DNA of 64,000 nucleotides from Scyliorhinus canicula. Taxonomy: Eukaryota. The stretch lies in NCBI RefSeq assembly GCF_902713615.1, contig NC_052152.1, positions 86,937,228 through 87,001,227 on the forward strand. Direction: 5' to 3'. The notes below the pieces were generated by a model. That model had not been told where the DNA came from. It made no database searches and was given only the letters and a program-made list of their open reading frames with translations. Numbering within the stretch: position 1 is the first letter of the stretch; the number at the start of each line of letters is the position of its first letter. Of this stretch, positions 48,711 through 62,689 are shown piece by piece. The position numbers and the translations under genes were made by a program.

Positions 48711-50038
48711 CAAATATGGATACACGGCTTTTAGAGGCATGCGCAAACTTTTCAGCTGAAAACTTCTTTGGTGGGCTATAGACTGGATTGCTTTGTGGCA
48801 AGTGGTTATTAAGAAAACACTGCTATTTGCGGACCATGTGCAGTCATTTTTAATCACGGCACTGGCGAGGGAGGACTGACCAGGGGTGGGTCAGAAGATG
48901 TAATAGTTTTTACGTTGGGAAATTATTCAGTGTTCTGTTCCTGTCGTTAGGGAATTCCTGAGGTGCCTGGTAGTACCAATGGAGTCATGAAGTTATTGTA
49001 GCCAGTGTCATCACAGAGCAGCTCAGTGGGTAAATGCACTGTTGGTGGTTTGTTGAACAGTACCGGATCTGTGTTATGTGCTGATTTGGCTGATAGCTAA
49101 GTGATAACTGAGCTGGTGCTCGAATGGGCTTTACTGCCTCTTTGCCTGAGCTGTAGCTGCTGAATTTGTCCAGCATGGGTGTCCAAAAAACACCTGGGCT
49201 TCAGGATCAGGAAGCACTAAGGAAGAAGTAATCTGGTACTTGTGGAACTGTATCCCAGCAATATCATTACGAAGGATGCAGTGAAAAAGAGGAGGTTGAA
49301 GAAATCAGGTTGGCTCCACTGCTAAAGCGCAGTCATGTCAGTATCTTGTTTCCCAAGCCTGTCTTTACTGATAGTGCTTGGACTCTACAGAAGGGTTGCA
49401 TAGAAATATGATTGGTTAGATACCTCTAGCATGCTTGCGGTACAAAGACCTAATAGGCATAGCACACCCATACCAAAACGTAGCAGTGGAAGAGTGTCCC
49501 TTGTTTGTCAGTATGCCTGTTTTGTGTCCTGAAAACATCCACATTGCTCATATCTCATAGACATCATTGTTAACTGCAGATTTCCTTTCTACTTCTTTCT
49601 TCTGAAACACAGAGAGGTTTTCTGGATGCCAACATTAGTATTGGGCAATTCCAATTGTAGTCCATTCATTTCAAGATGTTTTTTGTTAGAAATTCTCACC
49701 TTACTTTGAGGGTACAAGGCTTCATCTTAATAGTAGCCCTCCTTTCTCTGCATGCCAAAGACATTGTAGCCCGCATTTAGAAAATCACAGATTGAGAACT
49801 GAGCAGAGGAGATATTTAAGTCTGTATTTGCCTTAGTATTTCTAGGGCTTGGTGCCACCACCCTGAACATTTACAGTTCTTGGTAACTCAGTGTTATACA
49901 AGTGGCTCTTTTCCTCATGATACTTTAAAAAAGATGTTCTCCAGCAGTTGCAATGAGTTGAAATTAAACATTGCAGGCTTAATTTGGCTCCTAAGGAAGT
50001 TTACATAAGACTAATTTGATTTGCTCTCTTCTTTACAG

Positions 50039-50242
50039 CCATCCAGCAGTGGTAAAGCAGCTGAGCTGCTAGCTAAAGACAAAGGAACAGTTCCAGGCTT
50101 TGTTGGATTTGGAGCCAACCAGAATGAATTGGGTTATGTTCCTGCAGTTCAAGGCTTAGAAGAAGTGGATAGTTTGGTGGATGCTGACTTCCGAATGGTT
50201 CTGCGCAAAATGTCAAAAAGAGATGCAACCACAAAATTAAAA
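50039..50242 (+). CDS. LTN1: LTN1 exon 2 ([13 protein letters not shown]…VPGFVGFG…[14 protein letters not shown])
   Basis: Acceptor ctttacag and donor gtatgt. The 204-nt phase-0 exon carries the conserved KxSKRDxTTKLK motif. Confidence 0.96.
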
Positions 50243-50866
50243 GTATGTTTTACTATTGTTACGACCAATTGAAGAGGTGTGAATTGGCACCCCTTTTTTT
50301 CCAGCCCCTTCAGTTGGCTGCAACAAAGGTTTTTAAAATTTCTTTCACTGCAGATGACTTTTCCAAATGTGTTTACTTTTTAATAAGGAGCCAATCAAAC
50401 CATGCTTTCTTGAGTCAAGGAATAAGTTTATTAGTTGCTAAACCTGATGAAAAGTTTTTTTAAAAATGTGACAACACACCGAGATCTCAGACATAGGAAA
50501 GGTTAGAGACCAAATAAAAATTTAAATAATATACGGTTAAGTCCTTTGCTTGTCCTTGAGGTTTAGATTGTTGAATATTGCGGTCAATTGAAAGAAGTTA
50601 ACTGGTTTCCTTTAAATTCTATGACCTGAATTGAACTTCAAGTATCAGTACCTTGCTGGAGTCAATTTTGGCTTCAGTGAGAGAGATAGATTCATTGCTG
50701 CTTCCTTCAGCAGTATTTTCAGATGACTTTGGTTTTTCTCTCTGTCTGGCTTGGCAAGACCAATTCTTAAACCTCCTTTCTGTGAATTTGATCAAGAAGA
50801 CTTCCATCATTGTTGTCAAATAAGTAATCGGATTTGTGACCACTCATCTCAGAGACCTTTGACACA

Positions 50867-51161
50867 AAGAAACAAAGAAAAGTACAGCACAGGAATAGGC
50901 CCTTCAGCCCTCCAAGCCCGTGCCTACCATGTTGCCCGACTAAACTACAATCTTGTACACTTCCTGGGTCCATATCCCTCTATTCCCATCCTATTCATGT
51001 ATTTGCCAAGATGCCCCTTAAATGTCACTATCGTCCCTACGTCCACCACCTCCTCCGGCAGCGAGTTCCAGGCACCTCCTACCCTCTGTGTAAAAAAAAC
51101 TTGCCTTGTACATCTACTCTAAACCTTGCCCCTCGCACCTTAAACCTATGCCCCCTAATAA
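50867..51161 (-). mobile_element. CR1 3' end
   Basis: Tail identical in type to 20870-20905 and an 8-bp flank repeat ttgacaca. Confidence 0.8.
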
Positions 51162-51418
51162 TTGACACATTTAAAGACAGTAGAGACCAAAAGGGGTTGC
51201 GTTATTTTATCCTCCACAGAGGATTTGGGGCGTCTATTGAATGTATCTGGCTGGTTAGCAGTTTCCATTTTCTTGGTGGAAGTACAGTTGGTTAAAGTCA
51301 CTTTGCATTTTCTTTTTTTATTTAGAGTACCCAATTATTTTTTTTCCAATTAAGGGGCAATTTAGCTTGGCCAATCCACCTAACCTACCCATCTTTGGGT
51401 TGTAGGGGTAAAATCCGC

Positions 51419-51986
51419 TGTTATGGGCCAGGGTTTAGAGAACCCCAAATTGTATCATGGAGTTCACCTGACCCTCAACTTTTAATAGATTGTGGTGTGG
51501 GGAGCACACGGCCCATTCTACAGGTGTGGTACAGCAGAAATGCAAAAGTATTTTTTAAAGCAAAACAGTGTTTGTTCTATGAACTCAAGTTAACCTTTTT
51601 AAAACATACAGTGACCATCTTAACCATCAATTCAAATACAACCCCCAAAGAATACAACACTAAGTGATCCTTAATAACTTCCCAAACAACATCCAGAAGA
51701 CAAAAGAAACAGCTTTTAACAGAAGCGCATCAGATTTACATTCACTACTGAAAACATTGATAATTCCGAATTTACCAAAGGATCAAGAGACGGTCTTTTC
51801 ATGGCAGAGAGATCAACAGTACACCTGCTTTCTCTGGCTTCAGCTCCAACACTGAAAACAAAACTAAAACACACCCTGCAGCAAACAGCCTAAAATGAAA
51901 GTAAAAAGCTGACAGACAGCCCAGCTCCATCCACACTCTGACATCCATGATAAACACCTATTTCTTAAACGTGCTCTCACATGACA
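51419..51986 (-). mobile_element. Solo LTR (568 bp) inserted in a short V-SINE (about 51315-52010)
   Basis: Termini tgttatggg…catgaca. It splits the SINE at aaaccc|acgcagac, with a degenerate 4-bp TSD ccgc/ccat. Confidence 0.75.
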
Positions 51987-52259
51987 CCATGCAGACATGA
52001 GGACACTTTGTATTTTCAATACCTTCCTTTTCAAGAGTCCTTGTTTGAAGTGGACCATGATACCACCACCACACCTTCCACCAAAGGTATGCAATTCCAT
52101 GCAACACAGGGCGTCAGTGCAATCTGTAAAGGAACTTCCTAGTTAAGTTGTCAATTTACAACTCCAGACATCAAGTGACTGGATGTATCCATCTTTGGTC
52201 AGTATCTTTTTTAATGTCCTCTTTAAACCGTTCAGTATGTTTTTTGCCTAGTTGAAGTT

Positions 52260-55200
52260 TAAAAAAAATATTTTTATTAAAGATATTTTCATTGCCCTAC
52301 TTTATCTTCTCCAGATTTAAGAAATCCATCCGTTGACTCACCCACCCCGCTGCCCTTGCTGTTCCAGAGCCTGCCACCCTAACAAGATTCTTCTCCGGGC
52401 TATCAGGGAGGCAAAGGCCAACACATCAACCTCTCTTTCCTCGCCGTCCCACCACCCTGCACACCCGCCAAATTCTAAATATCGCCACTCATATGCTCAG
52501 GTCCATTTTCACCCCCAAGATCTCTGACATCGTCCCCGAAAAGGATTCCCAAAATCCCACCAATTTCAGGCTGGACCAATAAGTGTGTGTGTGTTTCGCT
52601 GGCCCCCTTAAACACCGCTCCGATCTGTCCATCACCTATGGCAAAAACACTGATACGCGTCTTTGTCATATGCGCTTGGTGCGCCATTTTATATTGAATT
52701 TAACTCAATCGAAAACATGAGGTCAAGTTTATCCTACGCAAGGCCTCACTCCAGATTCCCCCCACCCCCCTCAAATGCACCACACAGCTCCTTCCACCTC
52801 CTCCTTATCTCTTCCATCGAGACCCTCTCCCTCTTGGGAATACCTCTGGGAATGACTTACTGGGAATACTTCTCTTTTCCCCACATTTAACTTCTACCTC
52901 AAAAATAAACCAAATCTAGTCAGTATCTCCATAATCCCACTCATAGTAGCAAGATCAGAAGGTTGTCCGTCAATGGGGACGTTCCACACCACCACCCCCA
53001 TTCCCCTCTACTCCATTGATGCCCTAAGTGCGATTGCCAGTGGTTCAATCGCTGATGCAAAACTGCCCATAGATGTCCGAGATCTTTCCCTCCCCTATCT
53101 GATCCTCAGATGCAATCTTTTCGAGCAACAAAGGGGGCAGTAACTATGGAAAGGTGGCCACCTCCTTCCTCACAAAATTCCTGATCTACCAGTACCGAAA
53201 CCCATTCCCCCATGGCAACTGAAACTTCTCTACCAGCTTCCCCAACTCTGCAAATCTACCTTTCACAATCAAATCCCTGAACCTCTCTGTCCACTCCTGT
53301 TCCCAAACCCTGTAATGAATCCAGCCCTATTGGAGTATATCTATGATTTCCACAGTTCAATTTCCACAGTGACATGCCCTCTAACTTAAAATGTTGCCAA
53401 ACTAATTCAAAACTCTTAACGAAGCAACCACCACCGTGTTTGGCGAGTATTTATCCAGCGAGAACGGAAACGGACCCATCACCAGTGTCCTCAAACTTGC
53501 CCCTGCACACACAACCTCCTCCATCCACTCCAAAGTGACCCTTCCTCCGTGACCATTTCCGAACTATCTTTTGCATTTGCATCCATTTGCATTTGCCGGC
53601 CAATAATAAATGATCAAATTCGCCATCGCCACCCTCCCAGCCACCGTCTGTCCCTCTGCAAAAATACCCTCCGAATCCAAGGCTCCTTACCCACCCATAT
53701 AAACAGCAAAATCATCCTATTTACACTCCCAAAAAACGATTTTGGCAGGAAAATTGGGTGATTCTGAAAAATAAATAAAAACTTTGGGAGGATTGTCATC
53801 TTCACGGTTTGGACCCTCCTTGCCAGCGATAATGGAAGAACATCCCACCTCCTTGAATCTTCCTTCACCCCCTCTACCAAATTAGCCTTTTCAAATTGCG
53901 TAATAGATCCCAACAATGCGCCACCTGTATTCCCAGATACGAAAAACTTGACTTCACCAGCCGAAACAGCAGCTTCTCTAGATGCCTTTGTTATACCTGG
54001 GAACTTAGTGGGGATACCTCTTTTCCCTGAATTTAACTTATACCCCAAAACAAGCCAAATGTAGTCAGCATATCCATAATCCTACTCATACTAGCAAGAT
54101 CAGCAAGTCGTCCGGTATTCCCTTCCAATCATTCCATCAATGCCATAAGTGCCATCACCAATGGTTCGATCACCAATGCAAAAAACAAAGGGGAAGTGGA
54201 CATCCCTGCCTTGTTCCCCGGTGCAAACAAAAATAACTTGAACCTGATGCGTTAATGCGAACACTAGGCATGGGGGCCCTGTACAACAGCCTAATCCACC
54301 CAATAAACCCTGGCCCGAAACTAAACCGCCCAACACCTCAAAAAGGTACTCCCACTCAACCCGATTAAACACCTTCTCCACGTCCATGGATATTATCACC
54401 TCCGTTTCTTGACCCAACAGGGACGTCATCACCACAATTAACAACCTCCTAATATTAGACGATAACTGTCGCCCCTTCGTAAATCCTGTCTTGTCCTCTG
54501 CGATCGCCCATGGTACACAGTCATCCAGGCTCATTGCCAAAACCTTGCATCTACGTTTAACAGTGATATCGGTCAATAAGAACTGCGCTCTGGATCCTTG
54601 TCCTCTTTTAAAATGAGCAAAATTGAAGCTTGTGCCAAAGTGGGCCAGAGCTCCCCACTGACTGATGAGTCATTAAACGTTTCCATTAGATGAGGCCTCA
54701 ACTCTGTCGTAAACTGTTTAGAAAATTTTGCTGGGAATCCATTCGGTTCTGGAGTCTTCTTGGACTGCATTGAACCAATGCGCCTCAACACCCCCCAGCC
54801 CCACCCCCCTGCCCACCACCATCTCTGGGCTCCGACATGTACAGACCCCGATTAGAAGGCCTCAAACTCTCAAACATCCAATTCACCTTCCCTGGATCAG
54901 AGACCACCCTGCCCCCAGAGTCCTTTATTTGCCCAATCTCCCTTGTTGCCATCTGAGCTGGTGTGCAAGCAAGCTACTGGCCTTCTCCGCATGCTCATAA
55001 AACACTTCTTATCCAGCGAACATTCCCGAATATTCCAATTTTGCCCTGTCGAAAGAAGTTCAAATTCCATCTGGAGCCTCTTCATCGCATTCAGAACTCC
55101 TCCTCTGGGGTGGGCGAGTACAACCAATCCACTGCAAAAAGGCCTTTCCATCCTTCCGCCTTCTCCCTATGCGCCATGATCATAATTAGCTCCCCGCTAA

Positions 55201-56050
55201 TTACCGTCTTCAACACCCCCCAAAATATGGAAGGAGAGTCCTTCTTGCTTTTATTAATCTCAACATATGTGCCTGTAGCTGCCCCAATTCTTTCACATGC
55301 CCCCTTATCCGCCAAAATAGCCATCCAACTTCCACTGTGGTCGCTGGGTGCCCCCCCTTTTCCACACACACATCCACAAAATGTAGCAAACAGTCCAATA
55401 TAACAATTCACGAATATTCCAATCCCACCACGCAAGCAGTGTCTTATCCATGACAAAAAAAAATCGTTACTGAGTACACTCGATGCATGTGCGAAAAGAA
55501 GGAAAATTCCTCCGCCTCGGGCACCCAAACCTCAATGAACCCAAGCAACACCTTCGCTATCCTCGACACCTTCAAATACTTGGAGCACAACCAATCCAGC
55601 TTAGGGTCAAGCACAGTATTTAAAATCCACCCACATAATCAATTGGTGTGTATCCAAATCTATATCATACCAGTTAGGAGTGTAAACATTAACTAGCACC
55701 AGGGGAGCCCCCTTCAATCTTCTACTCACCATCGCGTATCTACCACCTGGATTCCCCACTATATTACTCGCCGTAAAAGCCACCCTCTTGTTAATCAGCA
55801 TCGCAGCCCCCCTTACATTCGAACCTGAATGGAACACTTGTCCCACCCATCCTTTCCTCAACCTTGTTTGGTCCTTAACCCTCGGGTGAGTCTCTTGCAG
55901 AAGGCCCATTCAATTCTCTCACAATCCATGAAACCAGTCTGGTCGGGGTCTCCAGATCTCTCCCCCCCCCCCTTCTCGATCAGACATCCGAATCCCAGTG
56001 GACTCCTCCAGGTCCCTACCTTGCACACCTCCAGCTATGTCCTTCCTGCT
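52260..56050 (-). mobile_element. Older, degenerate L1-clade LINE 'C' (ORF2 EN-RT)
   Basis: LQETH…LRKGWVGQVFHS, DVEKVFNRVEW and LPLSLARRVQTVKMTILPKFLF fragments, with an AATAAA/T-A tail near 52260-52280. Confidence 0.85.
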
Positions 56051-57300
56051 ATTTGGTGAAGTTATAGGTAGATCTTACTTGGTCACAATTTCACGTCATT
56101 GTGACACAATCATTTTCTGATTAAGTTTATTTTTCTACAGATGACATGTATAAGCCATTTCAAGGGGACATTACATTGTAAGCCCACTCTACAGTTTTCT
56201 TTGCAACTACCTATCAACGACATGGGGAGGAAGAGTTGCAGTTACCGTTCAGAGCATTTCTTTTCCCACAGCTCTATTTTCTTTAAGAGAGTAGGCCAGC
56301 TTAGACTGTCGGTGTCTTTTTCACATCACTGCTTGAGTGATTTGAGCAAAAATCGCTAGTTGGCTTGTTTTTAAAAATCTCATCCCTCGTTACAACTGCG
56401 ATGGAAATATTGGTCAAAGCAAGTGTTCGGGAATCTGAATTCTAGGCCTTTGGTTGCGAATTCAAGGCTGTCATTTTATAGTTATGCTGAGAGCATCTTA
56501 GCAACTTTATTTTCAACAGGTGGTAATTGTTTTGTAATAATGGAATTATTTTAATTGACAATGAAATAGAAAACAATCTTTGAGATATAATTTCAGTACT
56601 TGTATTGATAAATGTCGGAGTTACAAAATAAATGTAATCTTGTAATCTAATTTCAATAAATAATGTGAACAAAATACATATCGTGCCAGTAGTTAAATTA
56701 TAAATATTCGGAATGCTGAATTTTGATGAACTAAACATATTTTCCAGCACAGTTAGATTTGTTGAGTCATAAACTCTGCGGAATTGGGGCATCTTCATTG
56801 AGCTTGTAGAAGAGAGATATAAATATTTTGGATATTTTCTTATGTGATTGATAAATCTAATAATATGGCTCTCTTTTCTCCCAAAAAAACTTGCAGGGAA
56901 AAATCACATCAGTGCAATCCCATGGTGAGCACTGAACTAACAACAAGTAAAATTAATGGTAGTAGTTAAAATGGAGAATGTAAATCTGAACAAATGGTTC
57001 AATAATGATACCATAAGTATCAGAGAATTAATGATACCTGTGTCATTGGAGGTGACCTGTCTGTGATTTTCATTTTAACTATTCTAAATTACAGGCGCCA
57101 GTAAGTCTTCTAGTGTGCTATTGCCTATAGGTGTTTATTCTGCTTATAGGAGGCAGGCTAGGGATGGCTACGGAAATTGCAAATGCACTCGTGATAATTT
57201 ACCGAAATTCACTAGACTCTGGGGTGGTCCCGGCGGATTGGAAATTAGCAAATGTGACACCACTGTTTAAAAAAGGAGGTAGGCAGAAAGCGGGTAATTA

Positions 57301-57483
57301 TGAAATGAAATGAAAATCGCTTATTGTCACGAGTAGGCTTCAATGAAGTTACTGTGAAAAACCCCTAGTCGCCACATTCCGGCGCCTGTCCGGGGAGGCT
57401 GGCACGGGAATCGAACCGTGCTGCTGGCCTGCTTGGTCTGCTTTAAAAGCCAGCGATTTAGCCCAGTGAGCTAAACCAGCCCC
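57301..57483 (-). mobile_element. Short tRNA SINE, same family as 10321-10495
   Basis: Shared head and tail with a (tttca)n terminal repeat. Confidence 0.82.
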
Positions 57484-57970
57484 TGGCCAGTGAGCTTAAC
57501 TTCGGTAGTAGGGAAGATGCTGGAATCTATCATCAAGGAAGAAATAGCAAGGCATCTGGATGGAAATTGTCCCATTGGGCAGACACAGCATGGGTTCATA
57601 AAGGGTAGGTCGTGCCTAACTAATTTAATGGAATTTTTTGAGGACTTTACCAGTGCGGTAGATAATGGGGAGCCAATGGATGTGGTATATTTGGATTTCC
57701 AGAAAGCCTTTGACAAGGTGCCACACAAAAGGTTGCTGCATGCGATAAAGATGCATGGCATTAAGGTAAAGTAGTAGCATGGATAGAGAATTGGTTAATT
57801 AATAGAAAGCAAAGAGTGGGGATTAATGGGTGTTTCTCTGTTTGGCAATCAGTAGCTAGTGGTGTCCCTCAAGGATCAGTGTTGGGCCCAAAATTGTTCA
57901 CAATTTACATGGATGATTTGACCAAGTGCAATGTGTTCAAGTTTGTAGACGACACTAAGATGGGTGGTAA

Positions 57971-58303
57971 AGCACGGTAGCATTGTGGATAGCACAATTG
58001 CTTCACAGCTCCAGGGTCCCAGGTTCGATTCCGGCTTGGGTCACTGTCTGTGCACATCCTCCCCGTGTGTGTGTGGGTTTCCTCCGGGTGCTCCGGTTTC
58101 CTCCCACAGTCCAAAGATGTGCAGGTTAAGTGGATTGGCCATGATAAATTGCCCTTAGTGTCCAAAATTGCCGTTAGTGTTGGGTGGGGTTACTGGGTTA
58201 TGAGGATAGGGTGGAGGTGTTGACCTCGGGTAGGGTGCTCTTTCCAAGAGCTGGTGCAGACTCGATGGGCCGAGTGGCCTCCTTCTGCACTGTAAAACCT
58301 ATG
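57971..58303 (+). mobile_element. V-SINE long form with CR1-type tail
   Basis: Head, V-domain and gggccgagtggcctccttctgcactgta tail. Confidence 0.82.
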
Positions 58304-60057
58304 ATAAGTGCAGAGGATACTGGAAGTCTGCAGATGGATTTGGATAGATTAAGTGAATGGGCTAGGGTCTGGCAGATGGAATACAATGTTGTCAAATGTG
58401 AGGTTATCCATTTTGGTAGGAATAACAGCAAAAGGGATTATTATGTAAATGATAAAATATTAAAACATGCTGCTGTGCAGAGAGACCTGGGTGTGCTAGT
58501 GCGTGAGTCGCAAAAAGTTGGTTCACGGGTGCAACAGATGACTAAGGCGGCAAATTGAATTTTGTCCTTCATTGCAAGAGGGATGGAGTTTAAGACTAGG
58601 GAGGTTATGTTGCAATTGTATAAGGTGTTAGTGAGGCCACACCTGGAGTATTGTGTTCAGTTTTGGTCTCCTTACCTGAGAAAGGACGTACTGGCGCTGG
58701 AGGGTGTGCAGAGGAGATTCACTAGATTAATCCCAGAGCTGAAGGGGTTGGATTACGAGGAGAGGTTGAATAGACTGGGACTGTACTGGTTGGAATTTAG
58801 AAGGATGAGGGGGGATCTTAAAGAAACATATAAAATTATGAAGGGAATAGATAGGATAGATGCGGGCAGGTTGTTTCCACTGGCGGGTGAAAGCAGAACT
58901 GGGGGCATAGCCTCAAAATAAGGGGAAGTAGATGTAGGACTGAGTTTAGGAGGAACTTCTTCACCCAAAAGGGTTGTGAATCTATGGAATTCCTTGCCCA
59001 GTGAAGCAGTTGAGGCACCTTCATTAAATGTTTTTAAGATAGAGATAGATAGTTTTTTTGAAGAATACAGGGATTAAGGGTTATGGTGTTCGGGCCGGAA
59101 AGTGGAGCTGAGTCCACAAAAGATCTGCCATGATCTCATTGAATGGCGGAGCAGGCTCGAGGGGCCAGATGGCCTACTCCTCCTCCTAGTTCTTATGTTC
59201 TTATGTATATTTTGGCTTAATTTTATACATTGTTGCTGTCCAGCATAGGGCATTATCTGACGACAGACAAATATTGGTAAACGCTGCCAGTTGAATTAAT
59301 ACAATGTTATCATTTATCTATGTGTTTATTTAAACGGTTATAAAAGTTTCAAGACTCGCAATCTGAACAAAAATGCTACCGGCAAGCAGGAACATTTTCC
59401 GGCTCGCTTTGGAGGGTGTGAGCTTCCAAACTCGGGTCTGTCTTGAGAATGGTGATCCTGGAGTTATCGCCCACTCAAATCTCGGAAGCGGCTGCTTTTT
59501 ATAAATATTTAGCTTGGAGTTTGTTGTTCATTCATATAAATAATCCAGTAGCGCACCTAGGCCTTATTCGTTCTTGAGAGAGCCTTGTTCTCGCTGTTCC
59601 AAAGCAATGTGTTATCAGCAAAATGTCCAGTTGTAAGCCATCGTTCTGTCCGTTCCACGAACTTTATTCTGCTTAAACTGCAGTTTCCCCACACTCAAAT
59701 CTGTTGGCCTCTTTTACCACCATGCCTCATGCCACAATTTTGGCCATCTTCCTCACTCAGCAACAAGAATTGTTTAACACAAAAGGAGGCCACTTGGCTC
59801 ATAATGCCGTTACCAATGTCTTTTTATATGGGAAAATATCAGTTACAATTCCAGCATGCAGAATTTTCTGAGGTTCTTCATGATGTAGATTATTGTGGTA
59901 GCAAAAGTGAAATTCAAATGTCAACTGAGACAATAGCAAAAAGCGAAAAAATGTTTGACATTGCAAAAGTTATATAAAATGAAAATCAATTTGATAAATG
60001 CTTTGTAAATTTTGAAACATATTGCCATAAAAACGCAACTTTATGAGACGTTTATGC

Positions 60058-60157
60058 TTTTTTAAAAAATATTTTTTATTCTCCTTTTTCACATTTTCTC
60101 CCAAATTTATACCCAACAATAAACAATAATCAGTAACGAATGTAATGTCGGTTCTGG
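60058..60157 (-). mobile_element. About 100-bp 3' stub of an L1-type insertion
   Basis: Minus-strand AATAAA and T/A tail, with a flank repeat tatgagac…ttatg on both sides. Confidence 0.55.
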
Positions 60158-60332
60158 TATGAGACAGTTATGTTTTAAATAATCTCTTTAATTTAAGCTG
60201 AAACAGTGCTCTGAATAAGATGTTTGTGTCTGTGCTAACCCTCTGCTCGGAGAAGGGCCATATGATCTGTTTGTCACTGAAAAGAAACCCAAAGCGATAC
60301 CTATTGAAAATCAAGTGACTATTTTCAAACCT

Positions 60333-60562
60333 TTTATTTAAATTTAGAGTGCCCAATTAATTTTTTCCAATTAAGGGGCAATTTAGCATGGCCAATCCAC
60401 CTACCCTGCACCTCTTTGGATCTTTGGGTTATGTGGGTGAAACCCAAGAAAACACGGGGAGAATGTGCAAACTCCACATGAACAGTGACCCAGAGCCGGG
60501 ATCGAACCTGGGGCCTCGGCGCCATGAGGCAGCAGTGCTACCACTGCACCATCGTGCTGCCC
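60333..60562 (-). mobile_element. V-SINE short form
   Basis: TSD tttcaaacct on both sides. Confidence 0.85.
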
Positions 60563-62689
60563 ATTTCAAACCTCGACACAAAAAAGGTACAGCTGCTTTT
60601 CGGGATACAGAGACAACGAGAGAAACGATGCAGCTGCTGTTACGAGCAGGGAAAGACTATATTTGTGTTAGTAGTCAAGCAGGATGCTGGTGATTCTGTT
60701 CGAAAACAAGGCAGAATGATAAAGACTTCTGCCGTTTTAAAGAACATAAAGTTGCCATGCTGGGCCTTGCTGGTGGAAATCAGTTCATTCAGGTGGAGGG
60801 AGTGGGGTGATGTTCGAAGGGCACTGGAAGTTTCAACCTGGTGTGAAAGAGAGAAATGAGCCGGCTGGAAAGCTGAGAGTATATTGGTCTGGATCTTAGT
60901 GTCATATATCTGCCAGAAGTGCGGTGCACGGCAAAAGAGTTGTAAAATGTATCTCAATTACGTTAGTGAATGTGAAAGTATCTTCCCTTTGGTATTGGGA
61001 AATCGTGATAAAATGGGAAAAAATAAGGCATCCAGTAATTGGGAATATTGTCCTAGTGGGTAAAGGTGATGACAAACCTGTGGGTTCTCCTGTATCCAGA
61101 ACTAAAGTAGAATACAGAAAAGAAAATGATCATTCTTGTCTCGTGACTCGGAAGATCAAAATAAGTGAGAGCAGGCGTTAGGCCATTCGCCCCTCACAAC
61201 TGCAATACCATTCAGTAAGATCTGATTGTGGCCTTAACACCACTTTCTTCCCTACCTCCCCATAACTTATGACTCTCTTGTCAATCAGAAATTTATCTCA
61301 ACTTTGAATATATTCAATGACCCAGCCTCCAACTGCTCTCTCTGGAAGAGAATTCCAAAGACTAATAAATCTCAGAGAAGAAATTCCTCCTCATCTCCGT
61401 CTTATTTTTTAAACTGTTCCCTCGAGGTCTAGACTCCCCACAAGGGCAAACATCCTCCCACCATCTACTTTGTCAAACCCCTCAGAAAGACCGCCTTCTA
61501 AACTCCAATGAGTACAGGCCTAGCCTACTCTATTTTTCCTCAAGACAGTATCAGGAATCTCTGAACTGCTTCTAATGCAATTCTACCACTCCTCAGGAGC
61601 CCAAAATGGCACTCTGTTCTCCAGGTCTGTTCTCACTAAGATCCTGTACAGCTGCAACAACACTTTCATACCAATATTCCATTTGCCTTCCCAAACACTT
61701 GTTGTATCTGTATGCTAGCTGTTTGTGGTTCATGTACCAGGATACCCAGATCCCTCTGTACCATTGACTTCTGAACCCTTTGGACTGAGACTGCACCCTT
61801 TGGACAGAAACTGTGTCGGATTTTCTCAGATTTCGGACATGCAACTTGAAAACAATCAGGAACGTTGCAATCAGGAGTATGAAAAGTGGACCAGATAGCT
61901 TTGTGTCCAGAGAATAGGGAGGGTTGGTGAGGAGGGAGACCCTAACATGCTGAAATGGACTCTGTGTATACAACACTTGCTGATTCCACCCTCTGGGATT
62001 AGTCTGAGAATGGCTGTATTTATGAAATCAGAGGATTTAACTGGACATTAAAAATGTCCAGTTTTCAGACAACAATGTACCTGAATTCTGTTTTTCCACT
62101 CTTCCTGCCAAAGTAGATAAGCTCATATTTTCAAAATGTTATTTTTAGTGATACAGAATCAGCACAGTCCGTGATATTGGCAGGCGACAGGAAATTTCCT
62201 CCAGAAAATTCCCTAAATAAAAACACATTGATAGAATTCTTTTTGTCATTCCTTTGTGTAGAGTTTATTTAACAAGTAGCTTAATTTCTGTTTTTGTAAT
62301 TGTAGGCATTGTTCATTATTTTCCTTTTGACAGTAAATATTTTTATTGGAAATCACTAGGCTAGGATAATCCTGGAACTTGCTTCCAAGCGGCACTGTGG
62401 GTGTACCTAAATCACATGGACTGTAGCAGTTCAAGAAGGAAGCTCACCACCACCTTCTCGAGGAAAATTAGCATGGGGGGCGGGGGGAGGGGGAGGTGGC
62501 AAGCACATTTGCCAAGCTGCTGCAGGCAGGGATCAAGCTTACTGATTGATATGATTGAATGCATTTCTGAATTGATAGCATCCCCACACTAAACCAATTA
62601 AGGTGAACTGCTGGACCGCCAGCTAACATTGATTTTTGGGTCTGACTTTATCAAGCTCAGACTTGGCATTGCCTGTTACTCTTGACTTT

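Larger units (their letters stand above)
50257..56394 (-). mobile_element. Putative old LTR (about 1.3 kb of own sequence) expanded by nested CR1, SINE, LTR and L1 insertions
   Basis: Inverted termini tgttacga…tcgttaca, degenerate flanks actat/actgc, minus-strand AATAAA near 50428. Confidence 0.45.
57158..59205 (+). mobile_element. CR1 LINE (RT to 3' end) carrying two SINE insertions
   Basis: QHGFIKGRSCLTNL, YLDFQKAFDKVPH, FVDDT and LEYCVQFWSP, with a (tcttatgt)n tail. Confidence 0.9.

Noticed and set aside
59400-59480. Vault RNA or Y RNA call
   Set aside because: It lacks the vault A/B boxes and the Y RNA Ro-binding stem. Kept only as an unassigned candidate.
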